DNA from: a virus
Length of the DNA stretch: 64,000 nt
Direction: 5' to 3' (one strand)
Virus record (IMG/VR): IMGVR_UViG_3300030061_002247
Span: 18,878-82,877 of that record
Shown: in pieces, positions 56,922-64,000 of the stretch
Position numbering within the stretch: the stretch's first letter is position 1
How the letters are laid out: each line of letters begins with the position of its first letter
Position numbers and translations under genes: made by a program
The notes under the pieces: generated by a model
What the model was told of the DNA's origin: nothing
The model's input: only the letters and a program-made list of their open reading frames with translations
Database searches by the model: none

Positions 56922-59900
56922 GTGTATGAAGATTCAGTATCCACGTTCGTGAAAGCACGAGAACAACTCCTGCTCAGTATACTAGACGGACTAGACGTAG
57001 ATGAGAGCATAGATGAGTACGTCATCGCCAAAGCGGTGATGGAGCAGGATGGCTTCACCAACGACACCACTTGGAAGGAGAACATATGCGACTCCTTCGT
57101 CAGGAAGATGTCCTACAGTGGTAAGGGGTACATACCTAAGCAGCAGTTCCTAGCCATACAAGCCGAGCAGAACCAGCAGCATCTCTCCAAGAATCAACCT
57201 TGGAGAGGCAGGGTCAAGAGGAGAGGGGCTTCGCACCATCACGACCTAGATGTCGCAGACGTGGGTCTAGCACCCTACGGTGACTCGAAGTCCAATCCCT
57301 TCAGCAGTTTCTACGACCCATCGAAGAGAATGCTACCCTCAGGTCGCTCAATCAGAGACGACTTGATGGTTAGGCAGATGCTACCGACACACACCAACCA
57401 CAAGACCCACGGAAAGATGTCAGCGGCGGTGGAGCATGCAGAAGACAGGATGCTCAGGAAGAAGGGCAGCCCGCACCACAAGGGCATGGAGAAGATTGAC
57501 CTAGAAGGTAACACGGTCAGGAACTTCCACGGTCTCGGCCCTCTCGGTGGTCTGAAAGACGTATCACTCAAAACCATGCAAGACGTGTATGAGAGGGACT
57601 ACCAGCGCTGGCTCAGTGGTGACGAGGAGTGGAAGAGCATCCACTCTGAGACCGGTGAGGTGGACCATGACGGCTCTTGGAGGACAGGCGCTATCGCAGA
57701 TGCCAGAGCAGAGGGGCTGTCAGACGAGTCTCCAGACGGTCACTTCCACTCGCAGGAGGAACTGGCTCTCAGGAGACTACACGCAGACGACAGGGCTAGG
57801 AGTTGGAATCACAAGCACATAGACACCGAGGTCAAGGAGCAGCCCTTCGACTATGCACTCGCAGACAAAGAGGGTAGGATGCCACCAGCGGAGACCATCG
57901 ACCACGGATACCAATTGGGTCTTGGTGGTTTCATGCACCAACTACAGTGGTTCTCCCCCAGAGAGAGGACAGGGATAATGAGCAAGATACAGGACGGGCT
58001 GGACAAGGTGGGAAACCAAGACATCAAACTACCAGACGGCACAACCGTATCCGCTGGTAGGATAAAGAGGTCAACTCATCACATACTCAACTCGATGTCC
58101 AACTGGGGTGGTAGACAGCACGGATTTACGCACGAGAACATCATACCCCATAGAGAGAGTAACGAGGAGCAACTTTCTGACAATCAGAAAGACGAGTTCT
58201 TCTCAGCACTTCACGACATAGTGCATGATGATGATTTCGAGCACAGGGACACCATACACAACAACCTCAGAGAGGCTCTGGGTCTGGAGTTAGTCAAAGC
58301 CAATGATGATAACGGCCTTGACAAGGATGGTCATTTTCACAAGGAGACAGGCAAGGCACACAAGGACTTCAACCACCTACCCAAGTTGTCGAAGCACACT
58401 GACAGGTCAATCAAGGGATACCAGAAGAACAACGAGGGTGCATCCGAGGAGGATGCCATATCCGCTCATTATGACAAGTCCCTGAACGACATAATCAGAA
58501 CAGGACACGGAGATAGGCTATCCAAGAAGGAGATTCTCTACGCATTGGGGTACAACGAGGACATGACCGAGATGACCGAGGATGATGACCACCACTATCC
58601 CAACTTCTCAGGCCCTCTGCTCGACAGGGACACCCTCATGTCGGTGCTCGCCAAAGCCAAGTCCCAAGGAGACCTAGGCAAGGATGCCAAGGGGATACGC
58701 AACGACATGCTTCTGCATGGTGGTCTGTACTTCGATGAGTCTGAGATTGACCCGGAGATGGCTGAATCCATGCAGGACTTCAGGATTCCCGGTAGCACAG
58801 GTCACTACGGTCTCGGTGCATTCTTCGCTCCGGCCTTCGCTGCCGGTGGTCTCGGAAGAAACCCACACACTCTGATGGAGATGATATTCAGACACTTCTC
58901 CAATGCAGAGGGTGAGAGTCATCTAGGTATGGTAGACGGAGAGCGAATAACACCTAACGAGTTCAACATAGGTATGATTGCACCCTACCTCAATCACAAG
59001 CGTGGTGTCTTCAACACCCCAGCCAACATACTATCCAAGTACGGACAAACCAAGGTACACGGAATAAAGGGCACAACCCCGAAGAACCAGATACTCGCAA
59101 ACCTATCGCACCTATCACCCGGTCTGGTGAATGTCATATCCAGACTGTCAGATGAGGAATTAGTGGAGAAGTACGGCAAGAACTACAGAATCAACAAACC
59201 ACAATACTCCTCAGGTGCTACCAACTCAAGGATACCACATGGCAAGGGATACAAGAGGTCAGTGAAGAAGCAGACGGACATAGGCGGCACGAACCTAGCA
59301 GCAACCGTAGGAGTGGGTGAGGAGTTATCGACAGGGGACAACGTGCAGGATAGTTACGAGGAGAAGATAGACCCAGACCAAGTTTCCAAGTTCCAACACC
59401 TATGGTCGCACTCCATAGCGACCATGATGGGGAGAGGTAGTAGTGGGAGACCTGTCGGTATGCTCGGACTGTCACCATCGAGTCTCAAGTTGAACCTCCC
59501 TTCATTCGGTGCTAGGGTTGGTGACGATGGGTCAGTTGAAGATTTCCTACAACACTTCGGTCTGAATGATAGGATGGGAGGCACGTTGATGAGGCAGCAC
59601 ATGGACAGGATACATTCTCATCACAAGGCAATCGAACAGATGGCGATGGTCCTCAGGAAACTGAAGCCGGAGGGCACGTTCAGCCCAGACAACCCCAACT
59701 TGCATGCGGAGATTGACGGCCTGTTCAGGGATGCCAACATGGTCCTGATGCACCTACCGAGGGGAGCAGAGATAGAACTACCCAACGGTGAGACTTGGAC
59801 AAACGAACTCAAGGTGATGGAGCACGGTATAGACCAGAAGCAAACGCCATTGCAGAGGACTGGACTTCACAGACTACCAGAGCACATGCGAGAGCACGGT

Positions 59901-62417
59901 TTCAGAATAGACTCGAAAACCACCCTAGACGACCTAGTGAAGCACCTAGGTATGGGTGATGATGGCACTCACTCAGCGCACTACGGAAACGTGCTGGACT
60001 CGATAAAGGCATCACTCGACCCGAACAACGAGGATGACCACAGGGTGCTGATGTCTCTCAATTCCATGACAACAAACCCCCCTGAGTTGTACGCAGGAAA
60101 GGGGCAAAGGATGTTCTTGGGGTATGATGACATAGAACACATGCACGACCATGCCGGGAAGATATTCGCATCCACTAGAGACTCTTCCGTCTCCGACGAG
60201 GAGTTCGAGGAGAAGTACGGGTACTCCAAAAATGACGTGCTTGGGTACACAAAACGCATAGAGTCCCAGATGAGGGGACTCAGGGGTCAGGTCAACAGCC
60301 TTCCCAAGGAGGTTCAAGACAGTCTAGGTCTGACATACTTCGCAGCGCCTGAGATAGGCAAAGGGAGAAACATGCGCTCTGCTCTTACTAACAAGGTAAT
60401 TAGAGTACCGAAGGGCATTGGGCCAGCACGTGGTGGTGGTATAACCAAGAGAGCAGACTACATCCAACATGCGAGCAAGGACCTCTTCGTACATGACCCC
60501 AACTTCGACCTGTCATCGTCACCTGCCATGATTGATAGCGAGACCATAGGCTTCGGAGCAAGGGAACTGCACCCGATGGGAGTACAAGGCTCACCCATCA
60601 TGGACCTCTATGGATACTCAGGACTCATGGACCACGGCAACCACAGACTCAGGAAACCAGCCGAGTCCTTCGATGCCACATTCGGTGAACTCACTTCAGG
60701 ACCGACAAGTGCTCCCCAACCGATGCACGCAGTACCCATGTCAGTCATCCAACAGCATTTCGGGGGAGAAGTGGCAGCAGCAGTCCAGAACCTCGATGAC
60801 CAGAACGTCTCTATGACGGGTGCTAACCAGTACATGGTCTACCCAGACGGCACTGTACCAGCAGAACAACCCTACTCAATAACGACCAGCGAGCCATCGG
60901 ACTACGCAGCGTTCCTGCTCAACCCAGACTCACTGATGCTGAAAGGAGACGACACACCGAACTTCGTGCCACCGATACGACCCATGCACAGGATATTCAA
61001 TTTCAAGGACATGGAGCAACTCAGGGGGTTCACCGGCTCTTGGGTGGTTTCCAAGTGGTACGAGGGCGAGAGGGTCGTGGTCATGAAGTTGAACGACAAG
61101 GTATCAGCCTACAACGAGCACAACTCAAGGATGAGCATACCTGATTGGGTCAAGGATGGTGTCAAGAACCTAGGTAAGAAGGACTGCACTTTGGATGGTA
61201 TACTCTCAGACGACGAGTTGCACATCATCGACATCACCTATTACGATGACACTGATATTACTGACATGACCATACAAGAGAGACTGAAGATACTCAGGGG
61301 GCAATTCGACGGATACGATAATGTCACCGTGCCCGGACCTCATGACACACGCATGACTGACGATGAGGGTCTGGAGGATACGGTCAAGACATTGCTTGAA
61401 GAGCATGACTGTCTACTCATCAGAGATGGTAAGAGCACATACATGAAGGGAGAGAAGAGACACCCGAAATGGGTTCTACTGAGACCGAACAAGAGTGTCA
61501 ACCTGAGGATTCTCGATAAGAGAGGCAAGAAGAGCATTACATACCGGCTAGGTGCAGGACCTCTGATTGACGATGAGGGTATAGAGAATGCAACAGTGGA
61601 CTACGAAGGGGAGGTGTATCTCGACGTAGGTACGGTATCTAGCCCAAAATCGTTTGACGAAGGGGAAATTGTAGAAGTCGAAGTCACCGGTATCAAGAGG
61701 AAGAAAATCAACGGTAGGGAAGTGTACGACCTGAACCCAGTCAAGATAGTGGGTGATGGGGAGGGCGAGTCCAGCGTCAGCATGGAGACACTCAACATAC
61801 TAGCCAAGTCCGTACCAAACCTGCACTTCCCGCATGATGTGGATATAGAGGACAACACCTTGATTGTCAAGACATGCATTGACAACGACGTATTCTACAC
61901 ACTGGAGAAGTCTGATTTGGGATACTGGGTGCATTCACCACGTACACTCTTGTCAGAGTTCGGTGAATCCGATTATTCAATCAGATTATCTGAGAGCCTC
62001 AAACCATACTGGTCTCAGGTTGCCAGCATGATGCTCAAGGGCAAGGTCGAGAAGAGACCCATACCTGAGAAGAAGGTTCAGGACAAGGCTAAGACTCTAG
62101 CAGAGAAGAATCAGATACTCAAACCACAGATGGAGAAAGCACTCGGTGTCATGGTCAGGGTTCTGGATGTATTAGAGAAAGGACAATTCCCCATGAGTGG
62201 GGGCAAAGGTCTCGGTATAGAACTAGGTGGTAGTGTAGAAAGCCCTAGAGGTCCTACTACACTCGACGGTGAGCAGACGCTCCCCGACTACGATATGAGA
62301 GCGAGACCCACGGAAGATGCCGAAAAACCATATCCACATATGAAGCGGCAACAAAAGAAGGGTAAGGGTATCAAAAACGAAGATTCAGGGCCAGATAAAG
62401 AAGCAACAACAGTTTAG
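56922..62417 (+). CDS. 1831-aa protein with C-terminal ATP-dependent ligase-like nucleotidyltransferase and OB domains
   Basis: SKWYEGER, TLDG, HIIDI, QERLKIL, LLIRDGKSTY, KWVLLRP, VGTV; long His/Asp-rich N-terminal region. Confidence 0.8.
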   Translation: MYEDSVSTFVKAREQLLLSILDGLDVDESIDEYVIAKAVMEQDGFTNDTTWKENICDSFVRKMSYSGKGYIPKQQFLAIQAEQNQQHLSKNQPWRGRVKRRGASHHHDLDVADVGLAPYGDSKSNPFSSFYDPSKRMLPSGRSIRDDLMVRQMLPTHTNHKTHGKMSAAVEHAEDRMLRKKGSPHHKGMEKIDLEGNTVRNFHGLGPLGGLKDVSLKTMQDVYERDYQRWLSGDEEWKSIHSETGEVDHDGSWRTGAIADARAEGLSDESPDGHFHSQEELALRRLHADDRARSWNHKHIDTEVKEQPFDYALADKEGRMPPAETIDHGYQLGLGGFMHQLQWFSPRERTGIMSKIQDGLDKVGNQDIKLPDGTTVSAGRIKRSTHHILNSMSNWGGRQHGFTHENIIPHRESNEEQLSDNQKDEFFSALHDIVHDDDFEHRDTIHNNLREALGLELVKANDDNGLDKDGHFHKETGKAHKDFNHLPKLSKHTDRSIKGYQKNNEGASEEDAISAHYDKSLNDIIRTGHGDRLSKKEILYALGYNEDMTEMTEDDDHHYPNFSGPLLDRDTLMSVLAKAKSQGDLGKDAKGIRNDMLLHGGLYFDESEIDPEMAESMQDFRIPGSTGHYGLGAFFAPAFAAGGLGRNPHTLMEMIFRHFSNAEGESHLGMVDGERITPNEFNIGMIAPYLNHKRGVFNTPANILSKYGQTKVHGIKGTTPKNQILANLSHLSPGLVNVISRLSDEELVEKYGKNYRINKPQYSSGATNSRIPHGKGYKRSVKKQTDIGGTNLAATVGVGEELSTGDNVQDSYEEKIDPDQVSKFQHLWSHSIATMMGRGSSGRPVGMLGLSPSSLKLNLPSFGARVGDDGSVEDFLQHFGLNDRMGGTLMRQHMDRIHSHHKAIEQMAMVLRKLKPEGTFSPDNPNLHAEIDGLFRDANMVLMHLPRGAEIELPNGETWTNELKVMEHGIDQKQTPLQRTGLHRLPEHMREHGFRIDSKTTLDDLVKHLGMGDDGTHSAHYGNVLDSIKASLDPNNEDDHRVLMSLNSMTTNPPELYAGKGQRMFLGYDDIEHMHDHAGKIFASTRDSSVSDEEFEEKYGYSKNDVLGYTKRIESQMRGLRGQVNSLPKEVQDSLGLTYFAAPEIGKGRNMRSALTNKVIRVPKGIGPARGGGITKRADYIQHASKDLFVHDPNFDLSSSPAMIDSETIGFGARELHPMGVQGSPIMDLYGYSGLMDHGNHRLRKPAESFDATFGELTSGPTSAPQPMHAVPMSVIQQHFGGEVAAAVQNLDDQNVSMTGANQYMVYPDGTVPAEQPYSITTSEPSDYAAFLLNPDSLMLKGDDTPNFVPPIRPMHRIFNFKDMEQLRGFTGSWVVSKWYEGERVVVMKLNDKVSAYNEHNSRMSIPDWVKDGVKNLGKKDCTLDGILSDDELHIIDITYYDDTDITDMTIQERLKILRGQFDGYDNVTVPGPHDTRMTDDEGLEDTVKTLLEEHDCLLIRDGKSTYMKGEKRHPKWVLLRPNKSVNLRILDKRGKKSITYRLGAGPLIDDEGIENATVDYEGEVYLDVGTVSSPKSFDEGEIVEVEVTGIKRKKINGREVYDLNPVKIVGDGEGESSVSMETLNILAKSVPNLHFPHDVDIEDNTLIVKTCIDNDVFYTLEKSDLGYWVHSPRTLLSEFGESDYSIRLSESLKPYWSQVASMMLKGKVEKRPIPEKKVQDKAKTLAEKNQILKPQMEKALGVMVRVLDVLEKGQFPMSGGKGLGIELGGSVESPRGPTTLDGEQTLPDYDMRARPTEDAEKPYPHMKRQQKKGKGIKNEDSGPDKEATTV

Positions 62418-62466
62418 ATTGTTGCCGCTTCATATAAGTAGTATGACACAGTAACTCTGGGTCAGT

Positions 62467-63870
62467 GTGCTATCCCCATTGCGACAACCTCAGTCTGGAA
62501 TTACACTCATCAAGGGTGGAGACCTCGTTGTTGCCGGGTATGCTAGCGTAGAAGTAGTTGACAAGCAAGGAGACAAAATTACGAAAGAAGCATTGAAAGG
62601 CGCATTCAAGAAATATATGGAGGACCACAGATACAGAAACGTGCAATTAGCGCATTCTAACATTCAAGTGGGTGAAGTAATTCCTAATTATACAGATAGC
62701 GAAGGGAGGTTGTGGAAAAGCGAAGTTGACGATGTCGGAATGTTTGTAGTTGTAGAATTACGAGACGACATCGAAAAAGCAAAGGAAGTCGCTGCCGAGA
62801 TACGAAAAGGCTCATTGAGAGGTTTTAGTATTGGAGGGCAGGCATTCAAACGAGTCAGAAAATCAGACCCGGTACATGGAGACTACCAAGAAATCAGCAA
62901 ACTTGAACTACACGAAATCACAATTTGTGAGAAAGGAATAAATCCAGAAGCAACATTTAGGATATTAAAAGAAGATAAAAAAAAGGTGAAAAAAATGACA
63001 GAAGCAGAAAATGATGTAATGACGCAAATGACAGATGTCCTGTCACGTCTGGAAGGCCGTCTCGACTCCATGGAGAAAGGGGAAATGCCACCGGGCTTGA
63101 AAGAGCATATGCAAGGCAAGAAGAACGACGACGACGGCGATGAGAAAGACGACGAAGAGAAAATGTATGGTGACAAGAAAGAAGCCATGAAAGATGAAGA
63201 AGACAAAGATGTCGAAAAATCACAATACTCTGACGTTATCTCCTCTGAGTACCTAAATTGGATGGAAGACACTCTGAAGAGTGCAGGTGTGGACACAATT
63301 TCCGCACGTGCTCACTTTGATGATGTCAACAAGGCAAACCTTGGTTCTACCCCAGAAGAAATTGGAGACGGAGCAACAAGGTTTGGTGGACAAGCACCAA
63401 AGAGGGAATCCGTAGACGGAAAGCCAGAAGTCCCCAAGGCCAACTTTGGCTCTGGTGGAAAAGGCAAGAAATCCACACTAGAGAAGTCCGACTTCCTAAC
63501 AGCAGACAGAGTATCTGACTCAGACATCGAGGCAGCATACGAGGTCTACAAAGCAGCAGCACTGGAGCAAGAGTTCAAGGGAAGCCTAGAAAACCACTTC
63601 TCCAGCAGATTCGCATCAGAGAGGCAACACGAAATAGCAAAAGCAGAAGCAGCAGCATTCGACGCTCGCAGCCCACTAGCCGCTATCGAGAAGTCTCTAG
63701 CCGCTCTTACAGAGCGCATCGACAGCATCGGCTCAACAGAGTCCGGTTCTACAATCGCAAAATCAGCAGCATCCCTTCCAACCGTTGAAATCCCTTCAAC
63801 TGAGGAACTCGCAACAATGAGTTGGGACGAGGTACATAACCTCGCAAACAGCACCTTCAGGAGTGATTAA
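62467..63870 (+). CDS. prohead protease (HK97/S78-like) fused to scaffold domain
   Basis: VAGYAS..VVDKQGD, LAHS, LRGFSIGG, LHEITI..G.NPEA; acidic coiled-coil C-terminal half. Confidence 0.92.
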   Translation: MLSPLRQPQSGITLIKGGDLVVAGYASVEVVDKQGDKITKEALKGAFKKYMEDHRYRNVQLAHSNIQVGEVIPNYTDSEGRLWKSEVDDVGMFVVVELRDDIEKAKEVAAEIRKGSLRGFSIGGQAFKRVRKSDPVHGDYQEISKLELHEITICEKGINPEATFRILKEDKKKVKKMTEAENDVMTQMTDVLSRLEGRLDSMEKGEMPPGLKEHMQGKKNDDDGDEKDDEEKMYGDKKEAMKDEEDKDVEKSQYSDVISSEYLNWMEDTLKSAGVDTISARAHFDDVNKANLGSTPEEIGDGATRFGGQAPKRESVDGKPEVPKANFGSGGKGKKSTLEKSDFLTADRVSDSDIEAAYEVYKAAALEQEFKGSLENHFSSRFASERQHEIAKAEAAAFDARSPLAAIEKSLAALTERIDSIGSTESGSTIAKSAASLPTVEIPSTEELATMSWDEVHNLANSTFRSD

Positions 63871-63872
63871 GA

Positions 63873-64000
63873 ATGGCAAGAAACTACGTACGCACAATAA
63901 CAGACATGGAAAGATACTACTACGGAGCAGGTAACTCAATGGGTTACTCCTACTCCGGTAGTGAACTATTGAAAGCAGATGCACCAATGCTCTCTTCAAC
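63873..64000 (+). CDS. probable major capsid protein, 5' end only
   Basis: ATG 2 nt after the protease stop with GGAGTGA SD: MARNYVRTITDMERYYYGAGNSMGYSYSGSELLKADAPMLSS; call rests on position. Confidence 0.7.
   Translation, partial: MARNYVRTITDMERYYYGAGNSMGYSYSGSELLKADAPMLSS

Noticed and set aside
48213-62417. 746-aa and 1831-aa proteins as a virion RNA polymerase
   Set aside because: No DxDGD or T7-type polymerase motifs recognised; cannot be fully excluded without structure prediction

Overview
About 64 kb of a tailed (Caudoviricetes, HK97-type) archaeal virus genome. The gene content (group II chaperonin, family B polymerase, fused PriS-PriL primase, RFC, ERCC4 nuclease, TFB-like repeat, and a terminase-portal-ligase-like-protease-capsid block) best fits a 'magrovirus' of Marine Group II Euryarchaeota (Ca. 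Poseidoniales); the host is inferred, not shown. Two arms diverge from a non-coding switch region (~35.73-36.36 kb) that holds GTTAATCGC direct repeats and hairpins. The minus-strand left arm carries early/accessory genes (18-35.7 kb), then a replication module (3-18 kb), a chaperonin and an HMG-CoA-lyase-like gene cut by the window edge; seven copies of a ~23-bp TATA-containing motif precede genes of this arm between 15.9 and 35.8 kb. The plus-strand right arm carries late/virion genes up to the start of the probable major capsid protein. The strongest candidates for undescribed systems are: (1) about 11 otherwise unrelated late proteins sharing an 'AFDxAWxxLK' peptide, a putative capsid-packaging tag/protease site on variable cargo; (2) an Arf/Rab-like small GTPase inside a membrane-protein cluster; (3) an early dikinase-like (ATP-grasp + phospho-His) protein next to two Cys-based phosphatases. 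All calls come from motif reading by eye; no database search was run.
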